From an uncultured Ohtaekwangia sp. (GTDB lineage: Bacteria > Bacteroidota > Bacteroidia > Cytophagales > Cyclobacteriaceae), in the NCBI GenBank assembly GCA_964392375.1, contig CAYMPU010000070.1, positions 3,664-67,663 on the forward strand: a DNA stretch of 64,000 bases. The letters run 5' to 3'. Positions 17,510 to 27,470 of this stretch are shown here, piece after piece. Position 1 is the stretch's first letter, and every line of letters starts with the position of its first letter. Below the pieces are notes generated by a model, which saw nothing but the letters and a program-made list of their open reading frames with translations, had not been told where the DNA came from and made no database searches. The translations under genes were made by a program, and so were the position numbers.

Positions 17510-18249
17510 GGGAGATGCTCACCACCCGGCCCAAGCCCAAAGGACGGGGGAAGACCGACCGGTACCTGAACGCATCACGGTGTGTCGTTGCCGTTGATTG
17601 TATCATCTTCGGCTTTGACGGCGAACATCTCAAGTTGCTCGTTGTGCGCCGGGGCTTTGCACCTGAAAAAGGCAAGTGGAGTCTGGTCGGCGGTTTCGTG
17701 CAGCCGCACGAGGGCATCGAGATGGCCGCATCGAGGGTGCTGAAGAAACTCACAGGGTTGGAGGATGTCTATATGGAGCAACTTCAGGCGTTCGGCGATC
17801 CCGGTCGTGATCCCGTTGAGCGCACAATTTCAGTTGCGTTTTATGCATTGATCGATATTCATCAGTACGAGAAGCAGCTCACCGATACCGGCCACCCGGA
17901 GTGGTTCCTTTTGAAAGACATTCCCCCGTTGATTTTTGATCATGACCAGATGGTGACCGCTGCGATTGCCAAACTCCGCGCACAGGCCCTGGATCAGCCC
18001 GTCCTCTTCGAGCTGCTGCCGCAACGGTTCACGCTGCCTATGCTACAACAACTTTACGAACGTGTACTCGACCGCCCATTGGACAAGCGTAACTTCAGCA
18101 GAAAAATTCTCTCCAGTGGACTACTCGTCAAGACCAGCAAAAAGGAAAAGGGCAGTTCGAAGAAAGGCGCCTTTTACTACACACTCGATAAACAGAAGTA
18201 CCGCACTTCCTCTTCACCTCTTGTAAATGGCTTCCGGGCTGATAAGTGA
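17506..18249 (+). CDS. araR: NrtR-family (NUDIX + wHTH) arabinose regulator
   Basis: 'VAVDCIIFGFD...WSLVGGF...DPGRDPVERTIS...LIFDH...FELLPQRFTL...DKRNFSRK'; directly before araBDA. Confidence 0.8.
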   Translation: MREMLTTRPKPKGRGKTDRYLNASRCVVAVDCIIFGFDGEHLKLLVVRRGFAPEKGKWSLVGGFVQPHEGIEMAASRVLKKLTGLEDVYMEQLQAFGDPGRDPVERTISVAFYALIDIHQYEKQLTDTGHPEWFLLKDIPPLIFDHDQMVTAAIAKLRAQALDQPVLFELLPQRFTLPMLQQLYERVLDRPLDKRNFSRKILSSGLLVKTSKKEKGSSKKGAFYYTLDKQKYRTSSSPLVNGFRADK

Positions 18250-18256
18250 TAAGTAA

Positions 18257-19900
18257 ATGGATGCATTTGTAATTGGCATTGACTATGGAACGGACTCCGT
18301 GCGTGGCGTCCTCGTCGATACGCGCGATGGAAGTGAAGTGGCTACATCGGTGTTCCACTATCCACGCTGGCGCGACGGCCTGTATTGTAATCCTTCGGCC
18401 AGCCAATTCCGGCAACATCCCCTGGATTACCTCGAAGGACTTGAGTCTGTTGTTAAGGAGTGCTTGAAGCAAGCCGGAGCGGATGCAGGCAAGTACGTAA
18501 AAGCCATTGCTGTCGACACTACAGGATCGACGCCCATCGCTGTTGATAGAAGTGGAGTACCACTTTCTATGCTCCCTTCGTTCGCCGAGAATCCCAACGC
18601 CATGTTTGTGCTTTGGAAAGATCATACTGCCGTTCGGGAAGCAGCTGCCATCAATGCCCACGCGGCGACGTTCAAGACAGATTATCTTAAGTATGTTGGA
18701 GGGATCTACTCTTCTGAGTGGTTTTGGGCGAAACTTCTACACATTCTGCGTCAGGATGAAAAAGTACGTGAGGCCTGCTATTCGTGGGTAGAACACTGTG
18801 ATTGGATTCCGTTTGTGCTTACGGGCGGAGATGATGTACACCAGATGAAGCGCGGGGTTTGTTCTGCGGGACACAAAGCGCTTTGGGCTGAAGAATTTGG
18901 TGGGTTGCCCCCCGAGGATTTCTTTGTGAAGCTTGATGCTCGGCTGAAAGGATTTCGTTCGCGATTGTTTACGGATACGTTCACCGCCGACAAGCCCGCC
19001 GGCAACTTAAGCATAGCATGGGCATCGAAACTCGGTCTTTCTACATCAGTGCTTGTCGGCGTTGGCGCGTTCGATGCACACATGGGTGCTGTGGGCGGTC
19101 AGATTGAGCCGTACCATCTCAGCAAAGTGATGGGCACCTCAACATGCGACATGCTGGTGGCACCACGCGATGAGATGGAAGGCAAGCTGGTCCGAGGCAT
19201 TTGTGGCCAGGTTGATGGATCCATCATTCCTGGAATGATTGGACTCGAGGCAGGTCAGTCGGCTTTTGGCGATACGTATGCCTGGTTCAGAAATATTTTG
19301 GGTTGGCCGCTGAAACATCTGCTAAGTGATCAGCCTGAGATAGCGAAGTCTGTGATGGACAAAATCATCCCTGAGCTAACACGCCAGGCACAGCAATTGC
19401 CACTGGATGACGGTGATCCTGTATCTCTCGATTGGCTCAATGGCAGACGTACTCCCGATGCCAATCAGGAGCTAAAGGCCGTGATGGCCGGAATGAATCT
19501 TGCAACGGATGCTCCTGCCATGTTCAAGTCACTGGTGGAGGGTACATGCTTTGGTGCCAAGGCTATTGTAGATCGATTTGTCGATGAAGGCATTCCGGTG
19601 AAGGGACTTATCGGTATGGGTGGCGTGGCGAAGAAGTCGCCCTACATCATGCAGGTGATGGCCGATGTGATGGGGATGCCGATCCGAATCCACGCTTCTG
19701 AGCAAACGTGTGCCGCGGGGGCTGCAATGTTTGCCGCAACCGTCGCCGGTATTTATCCTCGCGTCGAGGAGGCGATGGCGGCCATGGGTCGAGGCTTTGA
19801 AAAGTCCTATATGCCCGATCCTTTGGTTCGGGATATTTATGCGCGACGATACGCGCGCTACAAGAAATTGGGAGAACAACATCAAACCCCACTGGGATGA
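18257..19900 (+). CDS. araB: Ribulokinase
   Basis: 'IGIDYGTDSVR', 'LWKDHTA', 'YSSEWFWAK', 'SAGHKALW', 'FDAHMGAVG', 'LEAGQSAFGD', 'WLNGRRTP'. Confidence 0.95.
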   Translation: MDAFVIGIDYGTDSVRGVLVDTRDGSEVATSVFHYPRWRDGLYCNPSASQFRQHPLDYLEGLESVVKECLKQAGADAGKYVKAIAVDTTGSTPIAVDRSGVPLSMLPSFAENPNAMFVLWKDHTAVREAAAINAHAATFKTDYLKYVGGIYSSEWFWAKLLHILRQDEKVREACYSWVEHCDWIPFVLTGGDDVHQMKRGVCSAGHKALWAEEFGGLPPEDFFVKLDARLKGFRSRLFTDTFTADKPAGNLSIAWASKLGLSTSVLVGVGAFDAHMGAVGGQIEPYHLSKVMGTSTCDMLVAPRDEMEGKLVRGICGQVDGSIIPGMIGLEAGQSAFGDTYAWFRNILGWPLKHLLSDQPEIAKSVMDKIIPELTRQAQQLPLDDGDPVSLDWLNGRRTPDANQELKAVMAGMNLATDAPAMFKSLVEGTCFGAKAIVDRFVDEGIPVKGLIGMGGVAKKSPYIMQVMADVMGMPIRIHASEQTCAAGAAMFAATVAGIYPRVEEAMAAMGRGFEKSYMPDPLVRDIYARRYARYKKLGEQHQTPLG

Positions 19901-20595
19901 GCAAGTATGATTCAATTCGACAGGCTGCGCTGGAAGCCAACTGCCGTTTGCCCGAACTGGGGCTGGTGATTTTTACCTTCGGAAACGTCAGCGTCTGTGA
20001 CCGCAAGTTGGGTGCGTTTGCCATCAAGCCGAGCGGCGTGCCGTATGCGAACCTGGAGGCAGATATGATGGTTGTTGTTGACCTGGATGGCAATACGGTG
20101 GAGGGCGATCTGCGTCCCTCATCCGATACACTGACCCACGCGGTCCTTTACAAGACATGGACCGACATTGGGTCGATCGTCCATACACATTCGACCCACG
20201 CCACGGCCTGGGCCCAGGCGCAGCGCGATATTCCCATCTTCGGAACGACGCATGCCGACTATGTCGCCGGAAGCATCCCTTGTGCGCCACCGATGAGTGA
20301 TACGATGATTAAAGGCAATTATGAAATGGAGACCGGAAGGCAGATTATCCAATGCCTTGCAGAGAGAAAACTGGACTACCATGAAGTTGAAATGATGCTT
20401 GTGGGCAGCCATGCACCTTTCTGCTGGGGAAAGGATGCCTCCAAGGCCTTGTACAATGCTGCCATCCTGGAAGAGATTGCCCGCATGGCCGCGCTGACAC
20501 TTCAAATAAATCCGATGGCCCCAACACTCGGTGAGGCGCTCATCAAAAAACACTACAGTCGTAAGCATGGCCCTGACGCCTACTACGGTCAATAA
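19897..20595 (+). CDS. araD: L-ribulose-5-phosphate 4-epimerase
   Basis: 'FTFGNVS', 'IKPSGVPY', 'PSSDTLTH', 'HTHS', 'GTTHAD', 'KHYSRKHG..AYYGQ'. Confidence 0.95.
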   Translation: MSKYDSIRQAALEANCRLPELGLVIFTFGNVSVCDRKLGAFAIKPSGVPYANLEADMMVVVDLDGNTVEGDLRPSSDTLTHAVLYKTWTDIGSIVHTHSTHATAWAQAQRDIPIFGTTHADYVAGSIPCAPPMSDTMIKGNYEMETGRQIIQCLAERKLDYHEVEMMLVGSHAPFCWGKDASKALYNAAILEEIARMAALTLQINPMAPTLGEALIKKHYSRKHGPDAYYGQ

Positions 20596-20613
20596 AAAAG
20601 TAAATGCCAAAAA

Positions 20614-22104
20614 ATGAAAAACAATACTGAAGTCTGGTTTGTAACCGGTAGCCAGCATTTATATGGTGAAGAAGTTCTGATGCAGGTTGAACAACATGCT
20701 CAGGAAATTTCCAGAGGCCTTCAAGCCAGCCTGGGTCTTCCTGTTCAGGTTGTCTGCAAGCCCGTCATGACCAATCCCGATCAGATTCGTCAGCTGTGCC
20801 TCGAAGCCAACCTCGAAAGAAATTGCATCGGCATCATTGCCTGGATGCACACATTTTCCCCGGCGAAGATGTGGATCGGCGGCCTGAAGGCGTTGAGTCG
20901 TCCGATGCTGCATTTGCACACGCAGTTCAACAAGGAAATTCCCTGGAGTGAGCTCGACATGAACTTCATGAACCTGAACCAGTCTGCGCATGGTGACAGG
21001 GAGTTCGGGTACATCATGAGCCGCATGCGAATCAATCGCAAAGTCGTCGTGGGGCATTGGACCGATCCCAGTGTCATCCTACGTGTAGGTGTTTGGTTGC
21101 GTGCGGCATTGGCATGGAATGACTGGCAAGGTGCTCGGTTTTGCCGGTTTGGAGATAATATGCGGCAGGTTGCCGTCACCGAAGGTGACAAGGTTGAAGC
21201 AGAGATCAAGTTTGGGTACTCCGTGAACGGATATGGTATTGGCGATTTGGTGAAAGTGATTGATGGGGTGACTGAGCAGGAGGTAAAGGCCCTGGTAGAT
21301 GAGTATGAAAGTAGTTACAGCCTTGTTCCTGGCTTGAAAAAAGAAGGTGCAAACCGGAAGTCATTGCATGAGGCTGCCGCCATAGAACTTGGACTTCGAA
21401 AATTCTTAAAGGATGGTGGTTTCAAAGGATTCACCACCACCTTCGAAGATCTTCATGGCTTGAAGCAACTTCCCGGCCTCGCTGTGCAACGACTCATGGC
21501 TGACGGCTACGGCTTCGGAGCCGAGGGTGACTGGAAGACAGCAGCGTTGGTACGTGCGATGAAAGTGATGGCTACTGGACTTCCGGGTGGGAATTCCTTT
21601 ATGGAAGACTACACGTATCATTTTGCTGCGGGAAACAACCAGGTGCTGGGCGCGCATATGCTGGAGATATGTCCTACCATTGCGGAAGGAAAGCCATCGT
21701 GTGAAATTCATCCGCTGAGCATTGGCGGTAAGGCTGATCCTGTGCGTCTGGTGTTTAATGTGGGAAGCGGTCCTGCGCTCAATGCTTCGGTCATTGATAT
21801 GGGTGATCGTTTTCGGTTACTCGTCAATGAAGTGGTGGCGGTTAAACCTGAGCAGGCATTACCGAAACTCCCCGTAGCCCGCGTGCTTTGGAAGCCCCTT
21901 CCGGATATGGGGACGGCGTGTGCGTCATGGATATTGGCAGGCGGCGCGCATCATACGTGCTATAGCCAAAATCTTACCGTCGAACACCTGGAAGATTTTG
22001 CCGAGATGGCGGGCTTGGAGCTCATAAAAATCTCGCATGGGACCACCATACCGCAAATCAAGAACGAGTTACGTTGGAATGAGTTGGCTTTCAGGCGTAC
22101 GTAG
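20614..22104 (+). CDS. araA: L-arabinose isomerase
   Basis: '[11 protein letters not shown]', '[11 protein letters not shown]', 'NQSAHGDRE', 'GAEGDWK', 'SFMEDY', 'GAHMLE', 'GGAHH'. Confidence 0.97.
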   Translation: MKNNTEVWFVTGSQHLYGEEVLMQVEQHAQEISRGLQASLGLPVQVVCKPVMTNPDQIRQLCLEANLERNCIGIIAWMHTFSPAKMWIGGLKALSRPMLHLHTQFNKEIPWSELDMNFMNLNQSAHGDREFGYIMSRMRINRKVVVGHWTDPSVILRVGVWLRAALAWNDWQGARFCRFGDNMRQVAVTEGDKVEAEIKFGYSVNGYGIGDLVKVIDGVTEQEVKALVDEYESSYSLVPGLKKEGANRKSLHEAAAIELGLRKFLKDGGFKGFTTTFEDLHGLKQLPGLAVQRLMADGYGFGAEGDWKTAALVRAMKVMATGLPGGNSFMEDYTYHFAAGNNQVLGAHMLEICPTIAEGKPSCEIHPLSIGGKADPVRLVFNVGSGPALNASVIDMGDRFRLLVNEVVAVKPEQALPKLPVARVLWKPLPDMGTACASWILAGGAHHTCYSQNLTVEHLEDFAEMAGLELIKISHGTTIPQIKNELRWNELAFRRT

Positions 22105-22121
22105 GTATCGGTGAGTCCGCG

Positions 22122-23096
22122 TTACGGATTAATGATGACTTGACCGGATTGGCCATTCCTGCCTGATCGTCCTTCAGTGCCTTCACGCCCATCGGACTTA
22201 CCTGATCCTCCGCTGCCACCGACTCCACCGTCACCTCCAGATCCACCCTCCGAACGGAGTACTAGTTTTGATTTGTATTTATCATAAGCACTCCCCCTGA
22301 TGGTTATGTTTCCACCATCACCGCCATCGCCACCACCCCCACCGTTACCGCCTCTTCCGCCATTGCGGGTATATTCATTCTTGTTGTCCTTGGGACTATT
22401 GCCACCCTTACCACCACGGCCGCCAGAACCACCATCACCCCCGCGGGAGATAACGGCAACCGAGCTGCACTCCGGGTCAAATGGATACTTCTTGCCGTCT
22501 ATGGCAATGACAACGTGAATTTTCTCGGCGATCACTTCTTCCATGACCTCAAGTTGAATATCAGGACCTCGTTCTCCCGAACCGCCATATTCTCCCTGGC
22601 CACCGTTACCTCCAGACTCACTACCGTCACCTCTATCACCACTTTGGCCTCTAAGCCCTACTCGTAAAATTTGAAGGTTGGGATAGCAATGAAGTGGCGT
22701 AAGCAACTTTTCATCTTTTCTCCCGCCAAGCGTTGCGGACACACGCACGGCAAGGTCCGGGTAGTAGGCGGCCGCATCAAGGGGTTTGATAACTCCTTTC
22801 CCATTGGCGAAGAACTCCCCCCGTATCTTATAGGGAGTATTATCGACATTGAGTTCAACGTAGTCCCACAGCATATGGTATTCCGATGCCAACACGGTAA
22901 CGCCACTTTCCAATTGCACGCGCAGGTCAAATTCCTGGTTGTTACCCGGTGTAAAGCGATCTTCGATCACCAGCTTGACCTCCGTTATTTTCCCCTGTTC
23001 GACGGCGCGTTTGATGTCCTTCGATTTGATTCTCTGTGCCAGGGAATAGCCCGCGCTCAAGTTGAGGACTGCGATAATGATCAGACACCTCAGCAT
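22122..23096 (-). CDS. Exported protein with glycine-rich G-x-x repeat blocks
   Basis: Signal peptide and a globular N-half; the C-half has GxxGxxG runs separated by short hydrophobic beta-strands. Confidence 0.7.
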   Translation of the reverse strand: MLRCLIIIAVLNLSAGYSLAQRIKSKDIKRAVEQGKITEVKLVIEDRFTPGNNQEFDLRVQLESGVTVLASEYHMLWDYVELNVDNTPYKIRGEFFANGKGVIKPLDAAAYYPDLAVRVSATLGGRKDEKLLTPLHCYPNLQILRVGLRGQSGDRGDGSESGGNGGQGEYGGSGERGPDIQLEVMEEVIAEKIHVVIAIDGKKYPFDPECSSVAVISRGGDGGSGGRGGKGGNSPKDNKNEYTRNGGRGGNGGGGGDGGDGGNITIRGSAYDKYKSKLVLRSEGGSGGDGGVGGSGGSGKSDGREGTEGRSGRNGQSGQVIINP

Positions 23097-23145
23097 ATCT
23101 TTTTTAGTGCAAAATAGTAAATTCAGGATTTCCGGGAAGTTTGGA

Positions 23146-23442
23146 CTACTCTACCACAACAAACTTTTCGAGTGTAAATGCGTGCGTTCTTTCTGAAAAA
23201 AGTGTCTTCACCCTTCCCCAAACGCTCCCAAACAACTCTGACTTCCGGTAGTTCTCCAGGTCGTCGGGGTGGTTCCAATGGCTGAGCGTCGTGTAGCACA
23301 GCGGGTCATCAGGATCCTTCAGTAACTGCAAATGGGTGCAGCCTGGGAAGTTGCGGATGGCTACCTTATGTTGATTGAATATGTCCAGGAATTCATCGAC
23401 TCCTGACGCTGAGAAATGCATTCTGACTATGCGTATGTACAT
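23146..23442 (-). CDS. ABM-family (putative quinol) monooxygenase
   Basis: 'RIVRMHF...IRNFPGCTHLQL...TLSHW...LENYRKSELF'. Confidence 0.8.
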   Translation of the reverse strand: MYIRIVRMHFSASGVDEFLDIFNQHKVAIRNFPGCTHLQLLKDPDDPLCYTTLSHWNHPDDLENYRKSELFGSVWGRVKTLFSERTHAFTLEKFVVVE

Positions 23443-23471
23443 GTGTTTCTAAATCGGCTGAAAAACGGACC

Positions 23472-24245
23472 TTAATCTTCAAAGAGTATATTCACCGGAC
23501 TATCATACCTCAGCCCTAACAACTCACTCGCATTTCCTTTATAGATCCCAATCTCCAGAAGCCCTGCACTGTTGAACAGGAGAAAGCAGTCCCCCTGTTC
23601 GGCCTGGTTGTAACTGCTGTGGACCCGGCGGAATTTTTCACCACCAAATTGAACCGTGTATACCTTGCTTTTGCTGAGGATATCGAACGACTCTTTTTCT
23701 ATGTTGGTGATCAGGTTGCCGTAACCGTCGACGCGAACGATGTGACCAAGAATTTGCTTTCGGGTGGCCTTCACCTGGCGGTTGAACATTTTCTTGTACG
23801 TGGAAAGTGACGGTCCCAGTGAAGTGATCGAAACTCCGCTGGCCAGTCGTGCTGCTGCAGGCGCGAGGATGTCGCGCTCCGGGAAGGTGCTGGCGACAGG
23901 GTTAATGGAATTGAGCTCGACAATATTCTGGTGTGGCTTTTCGGAGATCAAGCCCAGTAGTCCGTTGTCGACCCCCAAGAGGTAATGGTCTTCCAACTGC
24001 AGGGCGATGAAGGGGCTGTCAGGGTCACCGGTGGAATTGACGGCCGTCAGGTGAACGGTGCCTTTTGGGAACTCGCGAAATACCGAGCGAAGCACATAGG
24101 CCCCGTGTGCGATGTCGCACGAGGCAATGCTGTGGCTGATATCGACAAGTGTCAGGCCGGGATTTGTACTTAGAATCCGCGCCTTGATGGCCGCCACGTA
24201 GTGGTCCGCTTCACCGGAGTCAGTCAGAAGGGTGACAATGGCCAT
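23472..24245 (-). CDS. SAM hydrolase / SAM-dependent halogenase family protein (DUF62)
   Basis: 'VTLLTDSG..DHYVAAIK', 'DISH', 'FPKGTVH', 'DNGLL', 'VDGYGNLITNI', 'FNSAGLLEI...GNASELLG'. Confidence 0.85.
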   Translation of the reverse strand: MAIVTLLTDSGEADHYVAAIKARILSTNPGLTLVDISHSIASCDIAHGAYVLRSVFREFPKGTVHLTAVNSTGDPDSPFIALQLEDHYLLGVDNGLLGLISEKPHQNIVELNSINPVASTFPERDILAPAAARLASGVSITSLGPSLSTYKKMFNRQVKATRKQILGHIVRVDGYGNLITNIEKESFDILSKSKVYTVQFGGEKFRRVHSSYNQAEQGDCFLLFNSAGLLEIGIYKGNASELLGLRYDSPVNILFED

Positions 24246-24273
24246 TCAGGAATTATTCACGAACTTTGTCCCG

Positions 24274-24320
24274 TCCCGGAACAAGTCCGGGATGACAAGA
24301 CCCCCGGAATAAGTCCGGGA
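24274..24320. repeat. Two direct copies of a small REP-like hairpin
   Basis: TCCCGGAACAAGTCCGGGA (24274-24292, followed by TGAC) and CCCGGAATAAGTCCGGGA (24303-24320). Confidence 0.75.
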
Positions 24321-24360
24321 GTAGTCCTGCACGAAAATAAGTCATTTTAAGTTTAATTCA

Positions 24361-25314
24361 TTGATCGAAAAGACCATCACGCTGGACAATGTTTCGCTGG
24401 TAGAATTCTTGGGGGCTGGAAACAGGAACATTGACGAGTTATCATCGGCTTTCCCCAAGAGCCGGATTGTTTCCCGGGGCAACGAGATCCTCATCAAGGG
24501 CGATACGGGCGACATCAACCAGATTACGGACATCCTCAATGCATTGGTTGACCATTTTCACCAGTTCGGCAAGGTGACCGAGGAAAACGTGCGCGGGTAC
24601 GTTACACAGGAGAAGCAGGAGTACGTGCCGGATGACTCCCCGGATGGTATTGTATTGTACGGCACGAAGGGAACGCCCATCAAGATGAAGACCGCTAACC
24701 AGCGGCGACTGGTGCAGGCGGTTATTGACAACGATCTGGTGTTTGCTTTGGGCCCCGCAGGAACAGGGAAAACCTACGTCTCCGTGGCCATGGCTGTCAA
24801 AGCGCTGAAGAATAAGCATGTTAAAAAGATCATCATCACCCGTCCAGCCGTGGAGGCCGGCGAGAACCTCGGCTTCCTTCCCGGGGATTTGAAAGAGAAG
24901 ATTGACCCTTACCTGCGCCCCATCTACGATGCGCTGAACGACATGATACCGTTCGAGAAACTCCAATATTATATGGAGCGTGAGATCATTGAGATCGCCC
25001 CATTGGCTTATATGCGTGGCCGGACATTGAACAATGCTTTTATCCTCCTCGATGAGGCCCAGAACACTACACCCATGCAGATGAAGATGTTCCTCACGCG
25101 CATGGGCCCGGATTCAAAAATGATCGTCACCGGAGATGCATCGCAGATTGATTTACCTCCCAACCAACGGTCTGGCCTCAACGAAGCCGTCAAGATTCTG
25201 GGTAACGTGAAGGGCATCGGTTTTGTGGAGCTCTCGGAGAAAGACGTTGTGCGCCATAAACTGGTTCGCGATATTATTGTTGCCTATCAGGACCACTCGA
25301 AGCCGAATGCTTAA
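24361..25314 (+). CDS. phoH: PhoH-family ATPase
   Basis: 'GPAGTGKT', 'TRPAVEAGENLGFLPG', 'PLAYMRGRT', 'LDEAQN', 'VVRH'; TTG start. Confidence 0.92.
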   Translation: MIEKTITLDNVSLVEFLGAGNRNIDELSSAFPKSRIVSRGNEILIKGDTGDINQITDILNALVDHFHQFGKVTEENVRGYVTQEKQEYVPDDSPDGIVLYGTKGTPIKMKTANQRRLVQAVIDNDLVFALGPAGTGKTYVSVAMAVKALKNKHVKKIIITRPAVEAGENLGFLPGDLKEKIDPYLRPIYDALNDMIPFEKLQYYMEREIIEIAPLAYMRGRTLNNAFILLDEAQNTTPMQMKMFLTRMGPDSKMIVTGDASQIDLPPNQRSGLNEAVKILGNVKGIGFVELSEKDVVRHKLVRDIIVAYQDHSKPNA

Positions 25315-25401
25315 CTGGAGCAGGTCCGCTGCGTCACTCAACATTCTTTCCCACATTCCGGCCTGCTTGCCTGAGTCTTCCTGAAGACTTATTTTCCATT
25401 C

Positions 25402-27468
25402 ATGCAATGGATTCCCTACGTCATGGTGCGCATCACGGCATTTTTTGCAGCCGGCGTTCTCCTGGGAATCTTCTTTCCGTCACTTTTTCAGCAGCGAAAC
25501 GCGACGGTTTTCCTGACCATTTTGAGTACGGTTTACTTTGTCATTCGTTTTCTACTCGTGCGCACGGTATCGTTGCGACTGGCATCGGGCATCACGGGTT
25601 TGGTGATCATTTTCATCGCCGGCTACTTATGCGTTTTGCTTCGTGATGAGTCATCACGGAAGGACTCCCTGATGCAACTGCAAGAGCCGATCCAGGCTTA
25701 TCGAATGAAGTTGATATCCGGAGTGGAGCGCAGGGCAAATTCCTGGCGGGCGATTGGTCGCATCCAGGCTGTGCGAACCCCAACTGGGTGGGTATCGTGT
25801 GACAGCAGGTTGATGGTTTACTGGCCCCTGACAGATCGGGTCGATTCTCTCGACTATGGTGACATCCTCGTGGTGAAGGGAATGCCACAACCCGTGGAAG
25901 GCCCGCGCAACCCGCACGAATTTGACTACCGTCGCTTCCTGGCGTACCGTAACATTTTTCACCAGCAGTTTCTCCGATCAGGTGATTGGGTGATTGCGCG
26001 AAAGGTTGATGCACCCGACATTGCATACTACGCGGTAAAAGCCAGAGCCTGGACGACACGCGTAATTGATCAACACATCGACGGTGACCGTGAAGCGGCG
26101 ATTGTCAACGCGTTTGTCATCGGCGTAACCGATGGAATAGACGGTGAGTTGAAGCAGGCTTATGCCGCGGGTGGAGCCATGCATGCACTGGCAGTTTCCG
26201 GACTTCACGTCAGCATTCTCTATGGCGTTTTGTTGTTTCTTCTTCGGCCGCTGGAGAAACGACGTGGAGGTCCGTGGACACTAGCGGTAGTAAGTTTTGC
26301 GATTTTGTGGATGTACGGGTTCATTACCGGGCTTTCGCCTTCCGTGCTTCGTGCCGTTACCATGTTTTCGTTTGTGGCGATTGCAAAACCCATTGGCCGG
26401 ACAACAAGCATCATCAATACGCTTGCGGCATCGGCCTTCTTTCTGCTGCTCTATGATCCGCACCTTATTCTGTCGGCTGGCTTTCAGCTTTCATACCTGG
26501 CTGTGCTGGGTATTGTATTGCTTTACCGGCCGATCTTTAACCTTTGGGAGCATCGCTGGGCCTGGTCAGACTGGGTATGGCAGATCACCTGTGTTTCCAT
26601 CGCCGCACAAATAGCCACGCTTCCGGTAACCTTGTACTACTTTAACCAGTTCCCGATCTACTTCCTGTTGGCTAATCTGTTTGTGATACCTGGCTCTGCT
26701 ATTATTTTGCTTGCAGGTATACTGTTGCTGCTGATTAGCCCAATACCGATGCTAGGGCAATGGCTGGGCATCGTACTCGCCAAACTTGTTTGGCTATTGA
26801 ACGAAAGCCTTTTTTGGGTAGAACAATTACCCGGCAGTCTTATTAGCTCGCTGTCGATTTCATTATTGCAGGCTTTCTGCATTGCAGGAATGGTCTTAAT
26901 CACTTACCTGATATTCCGGTCTCGAAAGTTTCACTTGATCTTGGTACTGTTTGCATTTGCGGCGATCTTCTCGATCGACAGTTGGTTTGGGACAAGCAAT
27001 CGCCCGGGACAATTTGTTGTGTATCGCGTGGCACAGCACACGAGTCTGGAATGGATCGATCAGCGGCGATCATTTGCTCTTATCGATTCGTCACTGCACT
27101 CCGACCCTGGCAAGGTGCAATACCATATGCTGCCAAATCGATTGGCACACCGTATTGACCGGGTACAGACGGTGATTCCTAAGCAGGGCAGAGGTATGAG
27201 GCTGTGTTCATTTCGCGGGAAGCGCTTTCTCAGTATTCACGCCAAATCCTTTGCTACACCAACCGGGCTGGAGTGCGATTACCTGATCATTGGACACAAT
27301 GCCGTTAAATCGCTCGAAACCTTGGCCCGAAACGTTAAATTTGACCTATTGATTTTAGATAGCAGCAATTCATTGCGTTATTGTGAACAGCTGCGGGCGG
27401 AAGCGGCCCGGTTGCGCATACCGTGCTATTCGGTCTTGACGGAAGGCGCTTTTACCTTGAACCTGTAA
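25402..27468 (+). CDS. comEC: ComEC/Rec2-family competence protein
   Basis: 'NPHEFDY', 'HALAVSGLHV', 'SPSVLRA', 'GFQLSYLAV'; multiple TM segments. Confidence 0.9.
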   Translation: MQWIPYVMVRITAFFAAGVLLGIFFPSLFQQRNATVFLTILSTVYFVIRFLLVRTVSLRLASGITGLVIIFIAGYLCVLLRDESSRKDSLMQLQEPIQAYRMKLISGVERRANSWRAIGRIQAVRTPTGWVSCDSRLMVYWPLTDRVDSLDYGDILVVKGMPQPVEGPRNPHEFDYRRFLAYRNIFHQQFLRSGDWVIARKVDAPDIAYYAVKARAWTTRVIDQHIDGDREAAIVNAFVIGVTDGIDGELKQAYAAGGAMHALAVSGLHVSILYGVLLFLLRPLEKRRGGPWTLAVVSFAILWMYGFITGLSPSVLRAVTMFSFVAIAKPIGRTTSIINTLAASAFFLLLYDPHLILSAGFQLSYLAVLGIVLLYRPIFNLWEHRWAWSDWVWQITCVSIAAQIATLPVTLYYFNQFPIYFLLANLFVIPGSAIILLAGILLLLISPIPMLGQWLGIVLAKLVWLLNESLFWVEQLPGSLISSLSISLLQAFCIAGMVLITYLIFRSRKFHLILVLFAFAAIFSIDSWFGTSNRPGQFVVYRVAQHTSLEWIDQRRSFALIDSSLHSDPGKVQYHMLPNRLAHRIDRVQTVIPKQGRGMRLCSFRGKRFLSIHAKSFATPTGLECDYLIIGHNAVKSLETLARNVKFDLLILDSSNSLRYCEQLRAEAARLRIPCYSVLTEGAFTLNL

Positions 27469-27470
27469 CT

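Noticed and set aside
23472-24245. Fluorinase/chlorinase natural-product cluster
   Set aside because: Housekeeping context (phoH, ABM) with no biosynthetic genes nearby.
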